A stretch of 64,000 nt of DNA, from contig NC_042997.1 in NCBI RefSeq assembly GCF_006345805.1, positions 6,386,001-6,450,000 of the forward strand, read 5' to 3'. The position numbers were made by a program, and so were the translations under genes. The notes under the pieces were generated by a model that saw only the letters and a list, made by a program, of their open reading frames with translations, had not been told where the DNA came from and ran no database searches. Of the stretch, positions 13,101 through 27,009 are shown one piece after another (positions within the stretch are counted from its first letter, which is position 1; the number at the start of each line of letters is the position of its first letter). The DNA is from Octopus sinensis. Taxonomy: Eukaryota.

Positions 13101-14600
13101 AGAAGCTTCATTATTTCAATTATTTTGCCATAAAGGCATTACATAGAGGTGACACTACAAAAACATGTGGGGACATATAACAATTAAAAATATGTAAAAA
13201 TAAAATGATACTGTGAGTGACATGAAAATGAACACGAGAAAATAAATTAAGTTTATGATAATATGCTTGATATCTGAAAATGAAAATATGAAGAGTGTGC
13301 TCCTCACCCAACACTGAGTAACACCACTCGCTGCCTTTGAGTCCTAATTCTTCTTTAGTCCCTGGTCTCTCAATGACAACATTCTTACGCAACCTTTTTC
13401 ACCGGGGGAGTGGTTTTCTAAATTCTGTGGTTTCTGCTCTCTTTTCATTTTCTTTTCTTCTTGTGGGGAAAGGGAGTGGGTGGGTCTGGTGTCTGTATGG
13501 GGCAGGTGGGTCTGAGTGGTCTTGGGTGTGATGGAGTTGAACTGTGGTACCATATCACAAAATAAATTAAGTTTCTTTTCTTCCTCTTCTACATTCTACT
13601 CTCTGCTACTATCCATTCTTCGTCCTTTCGTCTGTTTTTTTCATCCTCTTTTTTCTCCTTTGTCTCCACAACTGGTTCATCTGTTTTTTCCTGTTTTATT
13701 TTCTTCTGTAGAGGGTAGCGTGCTCTAATGTGGCCTTTTTGGCCACATTTAAAGCATCGCGGAATTGTGCCCCCTACCCATACTCTCAATACTATTTCTC
13801 CCATCGTCAACGTTACCGCCAAATTTTCCAGCTCCTTCGCCTCCGCTTGTATGATCGTATCCAGTATTTTTCCTTTATAACCTCTTTCCTCCGTCTCTGT
13901 GGCTTGGAGGACAGTCACCTCCTCCTCACTTCCAACGAGAACGGCTGCCGCAACCCAAGCCAATTCTATGTCCGGTGGAATTCCTTCTACACTCACCTTA
14001 GAAGTCTTCCTTCCAAGCTAGGTGGGTAGAAGTACTAGTTCCTCAGTTTTTACAGTTGTACCTGCCAGTCTCTTTGCATCCATCTTCTTTCCTAAACTGG
14101 AAAACCACCGTCCCATATACGCTTCCTTTTGCTATATATCTTACTTCCTTCGAAAGCCCCTTCAGAGCTTTTTCTACTTTTTCCATCCCCATCCGCTCCA
14201 CCTTCCTACACTCCACTGAGTGCACCTTGTAGGTAATAGTGTTCTTTTCCATAATTACCATAACGATTTTCGGGAGTAATAAGTTTACATCACTTCCCAC
14301 CTTCTGTGTCATCTTACTCAGCTCCTTCAGTCCGGTTAGGTCTACTTCCTTTTTCTTGACCTCTGTCGCCTCACCAAAATTTTTACCCTTTCCAAATGCT
14401 CGTTTACCGCCTTAACGTGCTCCTCCTCTGATGAGGATAGTTCATACTCGCTAAGGTCTGAATACATTCTTTTCCACTAGTACAACACTCACCAACAAAC
14501 CGTTGGCGAGTAGCTAAAAAAATGCTGTCCGTCTCGTCAAAACTCAACACAGCAAATAACCCGACGCATTCGCAGAAGCAAATTACTTACCTCACAGCCA
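13100..14600 (-). mobile_element. gag-like ORF1-only element C with CCHC zinc knuckle
   Basis: ORFs 14043..14312, 13589..13996 and 13344..13553 join into ...KGSVYGTVVFQF...LGRKTSKVSVEGIPPDIELAWVAAAVL...LRVWVGGTIPRCFKCGQKGHIRARY (CX2CX4HX4C with the last C changed to Y). No ORF2 follows. Confidence 0.7.
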
Positions 14601-16342
14601 CCCCTAGATAGGTAGATATACCGCTTCGGGTGTATGTATGTATATTTGTGCGTGTGTGTGTGCATGCGTCAGTGTGTATGTATAGCATACGCGTTTTTGT
14701 TGCATATATAAGACATTTTAGTCGTTTGGTTCACTACATTTGTAGGGAAGAATTTTCGAAAAAAATATTGTAAAGGAAGATGAAAAAAATTAAAAGTATA
14801 GTGACAATTTTAACAAACATGTTTGGATAAGATCGAAATATGTGCACAATATCATGAATTAAGATATTTAACTATATTAAAAAGTTAAAATGTAAATTGC
14901 CATGTTATAAATAAGTGATATTTGATAATTGTTCAGTTTGTTCTTTTGGTATCAGACGTTAAGTTGAAATTGCTTTTGTGAGATTGATTGGGTTATGAGA
15001 CTCTTTTAAAACGAAAGACATAAACAGGAAGTATGAGAGGATGTTCTCGAATGGAGGGAAGTTGTTTACAATGTAATTCAATGTTTCAGTCGTCGTTAGT
15101 TTATTTAACAATAAATGCACGAAATTTAATTAAAGTAGATATAGATAGGAAATCTTAAGTTTTAAAATATGTTTTGTATAGAGGAATTGGTATAAAATGT
15201 GGGTGCACATGTCCTTACATGATATATATGATTGGTAACATACGTTAGTAGTTATATACATGTATATACATGTGTGTTCGCAAGCGTGTGGTCTCTACGT
15301 GTGTGTACTTATATTTTTTACACGCATATACATAGTCACACACATGCAAACAAATATACGTCTGTATATGCACATACATATCAATATGAAATACTGTAAG
15401 AATGGGTGAGAGGCAAAAGAGTCATTTGATGCATTTATTTAGTGTTGCATATATTCAATAACCGATTGATTTGTCTCTATTCTATTTATATTTTTGTGTG
15501 ATCTTTTGCCTCCCATAGTTTCAGATATGAGATAAAAAATATAAAAATAATTGGAAAATGGCTTCAAAAGGAAAGTATTTTGGCAATCGTTTGCCTGTTG
15601 AGGGTAAACGGGAATTTTGAATGCCCAGTGACTGCGGTTTTTCGATCATATGTTCCACACGATTCAGGAAACAAAATAGAGGTAATTACCCAACGTTCTT
15701 TGAATATGTAATTGAAGACAGTTAGGATTTGAAGAGATTAGAAGTTTATCCGTGTCTATTTTCCCATTCGGTTTTATTTATTTAGGAGTCGGACATAGCA
15801 GCGTATACTGAATATAGACAGGTAATATTAAGCCACATTGAATGATAAAAATCACGCTGCAGACAACACGTATTATATATCCTGTATATGTGCTAGCTAG
15901 ACTAAGAAGGGTATGTCCGGATTACCAACAGATAATCATATGATGATTGGTTTGAATAATATGAGAGATCGATTTTCTTATTGTGGAGTACTGCATAAGT
16001 GTTCACTGTAAGCCATATATTGGGCACATTTTGCAATCAAGCAATTTGCACACACACACACACAAGCCCTCACATATATATCATACAAGAACACACACAA
16101 CACATCTCATGCATTCATATACAAACATGCACACACACGTAAACAAGATTATCAAACGTATATATTGCGTCTTCAGCTACATTATGGATACCTTTATGGG
16201 ATTGAGACCATGGCGGAATCGTTCAACCGGCGTTGTTAGGAGCGTCAAAATGTATAACCATTGGCTAGGAGGTTATACATTTTGTTATACATACGAATCA
16301 CAAGGAGGGAGATTTAAACATGCATAAATATATGCGATATAT

Positions 16343-16448
<106 letters not shown>

Positions 16449-16549
16449 ATATATATATGTGTGTGTGTGTGTGTGTATGTATACACATATATACATACAC
16501 ACATACATATAAATATATATAAAGATACATATACTTACATACTGATATA

Positions 16550-16619
<70 letters not shown>

Positions 16620-18162
16620 TGTGTGTGTGTGTCTGTGTGTGTGTGTGTATGTCTATGTCTGTGTCTTTGTGTCAATGCTTGTCGGGCCCACTCACGCACA
16701 CCGCTTGTCAACTGGTGCTGGTGCGTTTACGTTTAAAAACAAAATGTGCTGCATTCAAACGACAGAGACAACTATCACATAAAATAATCTGTATGATTCT
16801 GATATGTACCACGAGGACGACGTATTTCGTCGTCTCTATGGGACTGTGTCAGACCGCTATATATTAATAGTTGACCAGCCCACTAATCGCCTGTTGGCCT
16901 CCGCCACAACATATTAGTACTGTTATTTCAAATGCATTCTTTTACCTAGTTATGAGTAATTATGAATTTATTTGTTGGTGAGGTACAGTTATTTTGGCTC
17001 AATAACCATCATCCTATTATTATTACTTGTTTCATTATATTTAAGGGCACTCATATGTAACGGTTACTTGTTGATATGTATACGTCAACGATAAACGAAA
17101 CAATTATTCATAAGATATACTTCCAATTGTAACAGAAATTTGACTTATGCTAAAATATGAAATACACTGGATCAATTGCTTTCTCTGTGAATTGCTATTG
17201 ATATAGATTAAACGATTTTATTTGATTCTAAATGACAATGAAGACGCGGATACAAATTAGAGACAGATAGAAGAAACATAAGGTAACGTCGCGAACCGCT
17301 TTTCTGTGTTTGCAAAGCAACTGTTTATCGATTGATTACAGAGCGACTCAAATTTAGATATAAATACAATGGTTATGGTTCTGGAATTAAAGAAGCGTCG
17401 AATAAATTTATGCAGATAACTAATTTACTTAAAATAGTAAACAAATTTTAATAGTCAATTTAATATTGAATTGCTGTGAACTCTGTGATGTATCAGGTAT
17501 TAATGGAGATAGAAATGTGATATAATGTCGCTCAACTCACATCAATTGAATTATTTCTGTTTTGTGTGTAAAATTGGCCATTTCAATATGAAGTGTCAGA
17601 GCACTTACTTTCATCTAATTCGTATATAAATAATCAGTAATTATTACCCGGTATCATACTTTGCTTTAAACTTGAATTGTTTTTGGCACATAGCATCATT
17701 AAGGTTTTGAACAGTCTGATTTGAAAAGTAAATATGATATATTTTCATCATAATAGCCCAGCAAATGAAATGAAGTAACGATAATTATTCCCCTTCCAGC
17801 AACTTATTAACTGTCATTATGGGTGCATTTCTTCCTTTTAAACTGGCATGAGTGGTGGAATAGTCTCTGTGCATATGACAGTCCCATGTATCTGTATTTT
17901 CCAGTGGTTTACTGAATTTTATATTTAGAAGTTATATAACTGAACGGAAGTAATCATTTATTTAAAATATACAACCGAATCTGTTTGTCTAACATTGCCC
18001 TCAGCAACATATTTCTTGCCGACATAGTATCAAAGATGATAATATTAGTTATTGGCTCTTATTCAAGTATACTTAATAGATGAGAATAACAATGGACATT
18101 CCGATGACAAAAAGGCGTTTCTTTAAGCTAAATTACCTAGCTAACTAGCAATGTATATATAC

Positions 18163-18259
<97 letters not shown>

Positions 18260-18345
18260 AGAGAGAGAGAGAAAGAGATAGAGTTAGATATACATGTATA
18301 GGCATACACACATGTATGTAGATTTATATGTATGTACGTACGTGT

Positions 18346-18570
18346 GGAGGCGCGTGGCTTAGTGGTTAGGGTGTCAGCATCATGATCGTAAGATTGTGGT
18401 TTCGATTCCTGGACAGGGATACGTGTTGTGTTCTTGAGCAAAACACTTCATTTCATGCTGCAAAACACTTCATTTCACAAAACACTTCAGTCCACTCAGC
18501 TGGCAAAAATGAGTTATGATGCGATGGACTGGCGTCCCGTCCAGCTGGGGAACACATATGCCATTGAAAC
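18346..18570 (+). mobile_element. tRNA-derived SINE
   Basis: ggaggcgcgtggcttagtggttaggg (A box)...ggtttcgattcc (B box), followed by the body shared with 1207-1547 and 54750-54990. Confidence 0.85.
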
Positions 18571-18654
18571 ATTTACTCGTGTGTTCATGTTTGAAGCTAT
18601 GCATATGTTGTACAATAGTTAAGTATATAAAGTGTATAGGGCAGGAATGGGTGT

Positions 18655-18781
18655 GAGGTATGAACGCTCCTGTGTTCACTCCTACAGCGTGGCATCTTCC
18701 CTAAGTGTCTTCTGCTATAACCACGGGCTGACAAATTGCTTATGAATAGATGAGACAGATGGAGTCTGAAAGGAGCGCTCC

Positions 18782-18853
<72 letters not shown>

Positions 18854-19060
18854 ATGTCTGTGCCATTCCCTCCTACCATTTGTGAACCGGCGTTAATGTG
18901 TTTTCGTATCCGTAACTTAGCAGTTTCGGCGCAAGTGACCGAAAGAAATTGTCGAAGGAATAAAATGGGTATATGTACTGGGGTCGATTTGTTCGAAAGA
19001 AAAATTAAAGGCGGCACCCTAGCATGCCCGCGGTCTAACGAATGAACTAAGATGAAATAA
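18655..19060 (+). mobile_element. Diverged SINE of the 44271 family
   Basis: gtgtcttctgctata..., cgtaacttagcagtttcggc..., ggggtcgatttg...aaaggcggcaccctagcatg. Confidence 0.75.
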
Positions 19061-20812
19061 AAACAGAAAAATCAGGGTTGATACTGTCGGTTTCCATAAT
19101 ATAACGTAATATATGCATACAAACAATATATATATTAAATAATTACGTATGCCTTTATTCTGAAATAGAAGTCTACTGACAGTTATTGAGCCACTTATGC
19201 TTGTTATAGGGAACATTCTACGCAGTATAGATGTTTTGACTTGATCGCCTCTTTTTGTTTTAACTCAAAGCACAAACGCTAGTATATAACTCTGCTTAGA
19301 TCTAGTACAAAACACGGCAGTTGTTTGAATGTTAGACATTCAATTATAGAAATTTGGACATGTCACTTAAATTAACAGGGAATTCTATTATATGACATTG
19401 GTTTCACGAAGATCAGTCACATGTTTTCTGTCAAATTAAGAACACATATTACTGCAACTCTTCAGTAGTGAGAAGCGATTATCTTAAGCTGTATCATGTC
19501 GAGTATAGGACTATTGTACTGTATAGATTATATACTTGTTATTTACTATTTAGTTATTATGAATAGCGTGAAATATCACTGTCTGTGACATATAAATCTG
19601 TTCCTTAAAAACAAAACGACATGATTGTCGTTACTATTCTCCCCAATTTCTTAAATCATATGATGCTATTTATTCACCATGGACATCCTATCCCTCTTTA
19701 TGTTTGCCATAGATTACTTTATATGCTGTTTCTTTCATTGCTTAATAGAATGAATGCTTATTTAATATCATGAAGAGTGATTTTTAAGGTTTCCTTGGTT
19801 ATATATAAAATGACATATATTGATAGGAAAAAGATGGTTTCCCCAACATATTTGGCTTTCTGAAACATTATTTGCTATTTTAATGTACTATTCTGTTTTT
19901 GAAAATGTATGAAGGAAAATAACGACCGACTATACTGTGCATCTCAGATCATGAGTTCATGAGTAGAAGTTGGGGATATTTAAAGGCACATGCTGAGAGG
20001 AATTATTCGGAGTTTCAATAAATGCAACAAGACCAAAGTTTCAAGTAAATATTACCCATTTTTCATATATTATAGGGTTAAGCAATTAGGAAATAACAGT
20101 TGCTACGCAAGGACAGAAATCGTGTTAGACAGTGTTGTAACTCAGCTATAACTTGTAGCTTATTTTGTCGGCTTCAAATTTACCAAGATTTAAATTTATA
20201 ACGCAATGGCGCAAACGCAACATAGGAAAATAATTTATCTGATGCTCTAATAATTCTGCATATGGGTTACACTCATTTATCAATATAAATATATTAAATG
20301 AAATGAATTACTGAACACAATATCTCATGCATTTTATAGCACATAATAACCCTATCATGCTTTCAAAAGGTTTATGCTACAATTCAAATTAGTGTTGGTT
20401 ATCAGGAAATATTAATCAGGAGATCGTAAACTATAATTTCAAGGGAATAGTATTCATTTCCTTTTATTTCTAGATACATGCGTATAGGAAGTAACACTTT
20501 TTGACAAAAGAGAAATATGTGATGGCGGTTTCGAAATAATTACCTATTCCATATCCACTGAAAAAAAATAATACGGAGGAATACCGTCACTGAAATATAT
20601 ACAGTACTTATTTCGGTTTTCAAAATTCTTTTCTATTCCAATTATTAAAAAAAATATATATATATCTTACCTTCAAATAGATTTCTTGTTGTATTTTACT
20701 GTTCTTTTTAGGTAAAGCAATATTGGCAGTGCAATATTTTTCTTGTTCATATTACTGAAACATAAAGAAAGAAAATTTAATTACGGTATTCCAAGATAAA
20801 TTCTGCAATAAA

Positions 20813-22051
20813 TATATTGCGTTGGCAAGAAAGTAATTTCGGAATTTTAGTGTGAAGATGTCATTTGTTTATCATACACAAAATTAACTTTCATCATGTT
20901 GAATGAGCTTTTGCCATTTTTCTGGCAACGTCATGATTCAGCGCTCAGGTACTTATCAGCCAAAGAAATTAAAACAAGTACGATTTCAGGTCATAATCAT
21001 TATTGAGCATTTTACCATTCAAACAATTTTGCAAAGTTATAAATAAAGGGTAATCTGATGGTGTAAGTTAAGGGCTATACGCTGCATATGACACACGTCC
21101 CACCCAAGCACCAATAATTTTGTACGAGTTATGAAATACGCATGTCTAGCGTTGTCATGGTGGAACACAATTCTGGATGTTATTCTTTGTTTGCTTCCTC
21201 CAGTTTCATTAGTTGTTGACCGTAAGCATCTGATTTCACATTTGGTTCTTTGGAAGCAGCTCAAAATACAAAATAGTTTTGTAATCCCACCAAATTGACA
21301 CCATAAGCATTTTTTTATGTATTTCATCTATTTCGTTATGGTTTGTGCTGGTTCATTTCGCTTGGATCATGATCCTTTTCGTTTGACGTTATTGTAGACA
21401 ATACATTTTTCATCACAAGTGATGATTCGTTTAAGAAAAATGTGTCGATTTCATTGTTTGAGATGCATATCACAAATATTGATTCGTTTTGTTAAGGGAA
21501 TCTCAAGGTATGTGGAAGCCAAATATCGGGTTTCGTAACGAGTCAAAGATATTTTAAGAGATTTTCTGTCTTTGTGTGTGATGCATCTAACCTCACTGCA
21601 ATCTCTCAATATAACAATGAGCTTCAATTATAGCTTTGGTTCGGTCATCATCACAGTCAGTAGGTCGACCAGAACGATAGTTATCTTCGAGACTAAAATC
21701 TCCAGAACGGAATTTTTAAAAACATTCTTACATATTCATTCTGTTAAGCAATCAATACTTCTCATATCTCTTTGTGAGCCTCAACAGCCTTCTTCCTTTT
21801 ACGGAAATTAAAAAAAAAAGCAAAATAAATCGAAAGAGGTCGTTTTTGCACTCCTTGTTATAAACAAAATTAAGCGCAATTTTCTCCATGCTGTAAACAA
21901 TATTAAGCGCAATTTGCTTCTAAAGTAAAGTAAAACTAACGGTTAGCAAAAGTCAAAAGGTAAAGAACATAATAATGACAAATGTCATTAAGCAAATCGT
22001 AATTCTATATATTTGCGAAGAAAGCAATTAGTTTCTTGTCAACTAAATATT
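20813..22051 (-). mobile_element. Near-full-length decayed mariner DNA transposon
   Basis: The transposase remnant IVFHHDNARHAYFITRTKLLVLGWDV (ORF 21037..21327) matches the mariner HHDNARPH...LGWDVL motif. The ends are imperfect TIRs (tattgcgttggcaagaaagtaatt versus reverse complement tatttagttgacaagaaactaatt), and the length of about 1.24 kb fits the family. Confidence 0.85.
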
Positions 22052-22386
22052 TATATAAATGTATTAGCATAGCTATGCTTCCCGTTTCGTATTTTAAAGA
22101 ATATTAATTTTATTTCCACGTCTATTTTGTAGCATTCATGATATATGTCACCCTGGAAAAAAAAACATTTAAAGCTGCAAAATTTTTAGATGGTTTCCTC
22201 CACTCACTCTTTCTCTCTCTCTCTCTCTATCTCTCTCTTTCGATTTCTTTTTCCTTCTCTCTCTCTCTTTCTCTCTCCATTCTCTCTCTTTTTCTTTCTC
22301 TCTCTCACTCACTGGCAGGCATATGAGAAAGGAAGAAAGAAAGAAATGAACTCTCAATAAATCAAATGATATCATTATAATTCAGA

Positions 22387-22951
22387 GGGCGGCGAGCAAG
22401 CAGAAACGTTACCACGCGGGGCGAAATGCTTTGAGGTATTTCGTCAGTCTTTATGTTCTGCGTTCAAATTCCGCGGAGTTTAACTTTGCCTTTCGAGGTA
22501 GATTAAATAAATACCAGTTACGTACTAGGCTCGATGTAATCGACCTAATCCGTTTGTCTGTCCTTGTTTGTCCTCTCTCTGTTTAGCCCCTTGTGGTTAG
22601 TAAAGAAATAGGTATTTCGTCTGCCGCTACATTCTGAGTTCAGATTCGGCCGAAGTCGACTTTGCTTTTCATCCTTTCGGAGTCGATTAAATAAGTACTA
22701 GTTACGCACTGGGCTCGATGTAATCGACTTAATCCGTTTGTCTGTCCTTGTTTGTCCTCTCTGTGGTTAGTAAAGAAATAGGTATTTTGTCTGCCGTTAC
22801 GTTCTGAGTTCAAATTCGGCCAGGGTTGACTTTGCCTTTCATCCTTTCGGGGTCGATTACATTTCAGAGGAGTCGATGTGATCGACTTAATCCCTTTGTC
22901 TGTCATTGTTTATTTCCTTTATGTTTAGCCTCCTGTGGGCAATAAAGAAAT
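22387..22951 (+). mobile_element. SINE (ggcggcgagc...gcagaaacgtt family) with about 3 tandem internal ~175-bp subunits
   Basis: The subunit gtatttcgtc...gttctgagttcaaatt...gtcgatgtaatcgac...gtaaagaaatag recurs at about 22436, 22612 and 22781. Confidence 0.85.
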
Positions 22952-23628
22952 ATATAACATTATAATTCAGTTTCCTTCAATTTCATAACATCTTCGCTTT
23001 TATGCTTCACTTCAGAATTACTTCGATTTCTCACTGAATAATACTTCTAAACTATAAATATGCACATTATATTTCTAAAACATATGATACGAAAATAACC
23101 ATGTGATCTTTCAATAAATACTAAAATACATGACTTACTAAATCCTGAATTAGTGTCTCTTGAAAGGTATTTGGAACAATGACAGAGAACGTGAAGCCTC
23201 TCCTCGGACATTTAAATTAAGTATTTAAAGCTAATGAAATCTTATTATTTCAAAATTTGCTTTTGAAAAGGTTATCTCGGCTGATGAATGATGGAACCTA
23301 TGGGTTGTTTAATCGAATTTGTCGGTATAAGAACGCCTTCGACAATCCGGCGTAAATAGAACAGATTGCCCATGGAAGTTACCGAAGAGTTGAAAATTTA
23401 GCCATAAAATCGTCTAAGAAGGCCATGTATATGTAACGGATATTTATTCATGGCGAATGAAACCCCTATGAGATGTTGCGAGTATATAGTATATAAATGA
23501 ACTACCCCGATTGTTTTCCTTTCACTCTATCTTCCCCTCCCACATTGTATTTTCCTTTCTTTTTCTGTATATAAGCCTAGATACATATTGCATTAATATA
23601 CGAGTTATATGTATATGTGTATGTGCAT

Positions 23629-23710
<82 letters not shown>

Positions 23711-26700
23711 GGTGTGTGTGTGTGTATGTGTGTGTGTGTGTATACATACATATGTATATATGTATATACATGTATGTGCGTATAGAGTACTACCCATCGA
23801 ATGTTTCATAAATTTCACTCTGCATTCTTCTGTAGTAGCAATAATGGGTATCTTTATACTTACGTTAATAGGATTATATGTGTGTGTGGATGTATATATA
23901 TATATATATAAGTTAATAAACAACATTTTATTAAAAATATGTGTCATAAAGTATATGAGGAAAATTTTCTAAATAGAGAAAGGCTAAATGTCTAGGTGTA
24001 GCATTTAATGGAAAACATCAATTAAGATATTAACATACTTAACGTTAATAATGTCAGCAGTCTATTCATGCGCCCTTGGAATAATTTACATCAAGAATAA
24101 AGTGCATTAATGGACAAATTTTAGAAAAAGAAAAGTTTAAAATAATATTCATCCTAAGACTATGGGAGAGTATTTCCCATTTGTTAATTTACACCTCCTG
24201 TATTCAATAGAAAATTAATAGAAAATTATTAGAATGTTGTCAGCATTTAATCCATTTATTTTATCTCATAGCTACGAGTATGTGAAATATTGTATTCGGA
24301 ATAATATTGAATATGTTTTTGATTATTTGATAAAAGTGTTTGAAATATTAATTACTGAGAAGTGTGAAGGATTTAAACGAAAAGTATCACCAAAGCCAAA
24401 AGTATACGACGTGTTTGCATTATTATTAAATACTTATCCAACGTTGATCGGTAAATTCAAATTATAAACCCTGTAAAGAATCACTTTATATTACATAATA
24501 TATAGTATAATTATATTCGCAAATGTCTCAAGAAGAAACATTTCTCTTTAGCCGAAAGCCGTTCTCAATTAAAACATGCTCTCTTAATACGTGTTATATG
24601 TGGTAGAATTGATTACTGATGTTAGGTTGCCATTATCTAATAAAACATTTTGGAATAGTTTATTTTTAACAGCTATATATTTATATACCGCTTCACTCCG
24701 CCTATTGCGTTTCCAAGAAATTTCGTATTGTACGTACACTGCCTTGACATGGGCGAGATACGCGGGCTCCTAGTAGAAGATATGGGACTTATTTCAATGG
24801 GTAGTTATAACTAACCTATACATGGATATCCGCATCTAATCTTTAGACTGAAATTCAGAAGCGAGAGAGGGAGACGAAAAGAGAGAGGGAGAAATGTGTT
24901 GCCCCATTTCTGTTTGACTTCGGAAATAAATCAGATACACTTCAAAGACGTAGAAGTTTTAAAACATATTAACTTCGTCATTCCGTGAGATTGTAAGCAT
25001 GTGGATATCTTCCACGTAGTTGGTGAAAGATGTGCAAGTACTATAGATATTAAGTATGGTGAATATATGTGATAGATGTAGGCTTGGCAAGTTGGTTCGC
25101 ATTAACATTAGTTAAGATCTGTTTCTGAAATTTTCATCAATCAAGACTATATTGTTTACGAAGAGGGACACTTTTTAGTGAATGTTGTTCTGTAAAAATG
25201 AAGCGGGGTTAGAAAACAAAAGACGAAGACCACTACGGGAAGGAGGGGAAATTTGCAAGTGATTATGAAGTTGATAATGGCGAAAAAAGTGTGAGCATTA
25301 TAAGTGTGACATTTCCCATATACTCATCAGGTTCAGCAAGGTAGAATAAATGGCTTTCAACAACCATGCACTCCACAAGGTTCTCTTTGAAAAATAACTG
25401 ACGTATGCTTTTCGCAAAACCTTAGCATCTACTATATATATGTGTGTGTGTGTGTGTGTACATACGCAATCGTGCATGCATATATGGATGCCTTGTTGAT
25501 TTCTTTGGCATGATGTGACTCAACACGTGCCAGTGCTACGGATAATTTGCCCAATATTCTCTTCAGTATCAAGATAACTATACAAGCCAATATCCTTAGC
25601 CACACAGTATTTCTTATTTACACACAGTTCTGAATGCTTCAAATAACATACAATGAACATATCTGGTTGTATATTAATAGTTTCTGCAAGAATTGTCTTC
25701 TAGGTGTTTGTGATTCCTTAGATTCGCCGGTGACATCGCTTCCCAATAACGCTGACAGTAACACTTATGCAATATCGATGCTATATATAGGCTTAAGGCA
25801 ATCATTTTAAGAGAAATGAACAATCAAAATAATGTCTGACCAAGAATACTTAACAACCACCCACATAATATCGAAATGTAAAAACATTTGACTTTATTTG
25901 AAACCATTTTCAATAACCAAACGAAATAAAACCCAAAGCAGTTTCAAATGCAACTGGAAGTATTTAGCTGAAGAAAATGTAAAGAAAATATAGTACAAGA
26001 GTATATTATGTATACTATTATTGGAATAATATGAAGTTTAGACTCTAAAATGCGTATCAATTAGAAAGCACATATCAATAACAAATTTCCGCATATTGAT
26101 TTAGCACATCAATAGACAGAATCACAGAAAATACGGTTGAGATGGAAAGTCGACCTCTGAAAATACTAAAAACATTAATATTGATGTCTACAGAATATTT
26201 TCTTTTATTTGTTTCGCGAAATCTATTCAGGCATTATATAGTAATAAAACGTAGATGAGTTGAGACGTCTTATTTTTTACACACAAAAAAAAATTTAAGG
26301 CACCAATGCAAAATTTAAAGCAGAGCGTTAAATCAGCCATCTTAGTAAGTTAGATAACGACTTGCTTTAATCTGTAACAGGTATGTTACAGAATAAGTAG
26401 TAAATTACGAATTGCCTATACAACTCGTGCATGCCAATGTGGCAGAATATGCAGCCTTCGAATGGTTGTTCTACCTTGGAAATAGCAGCCATATCTCTCA
26501 GGAAGTTTTGACACATCTTTTTGAAGTTACATTTTCCAAAAATATGTTCGGTTCCCTGTATGCCTGTATGTTTGCTGTATACCATGAGGGTCGTGAATAT
26601 GTCAGGTTTCACTGCATTTATTTATGTTCAATGAGAACTAACCTTTTACGAAATGGTTAAAAGCATCAAGAATCACAAATCCGCTAGGGGAAAATATATT

Positions 26701-27009
26701 TGCAACGTCAGGTCAATATAAAAATTAAACTGATGAAAGTTAGTAAAATATATCCGATAAGGATCCAATGATTTTAGTTGTTATGCATTTATGTCTTGAA
26801 AGAGAAATTAACTTAAGTTTGAAAATGTGACGCAAGAAAAGATCTTTGAAATCCATTACTTCCTCTCCGATACCAGAACAAATATTTATTATAAATATGG
26901 CCCTTTTTAGTTAAATATTAAATATTTAGAAAACAAGATAAGTAAAGTTAATTGATAACAATATTTACTAAGTAGACATACATCCATATGTAAGGTTTCT
27001 GATCATACG

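Noticed and set aside
14420-14460. CTGATGAG motifs here and at about 9874
   Set aside because: No stem II and no GAAA follow; at 14428 it is antisense to a Ser/Glu-rich coding stretch.
15519-15681. Possible plus-strand exon (ag...gtaatt, open frame ...SILAIVCLLRVNGNFECPV...)
   Set aside because: No recognisable homology and no partner exons; this could be chance. RNA-seq or TBLASTN would decide.
16247-16283. 13-bp perfect hairpin aaaatgtataacc/ggttatacatttt
   Set aside because: An isolated AT-rich stem with no associated element end or second copy.
18346-18420. tRNA genes at SINE heads (also 44271 and 54750)
   Set aside because: A and B boxes are present, but there is no complete cloverleaf and each continues into a SINE body.
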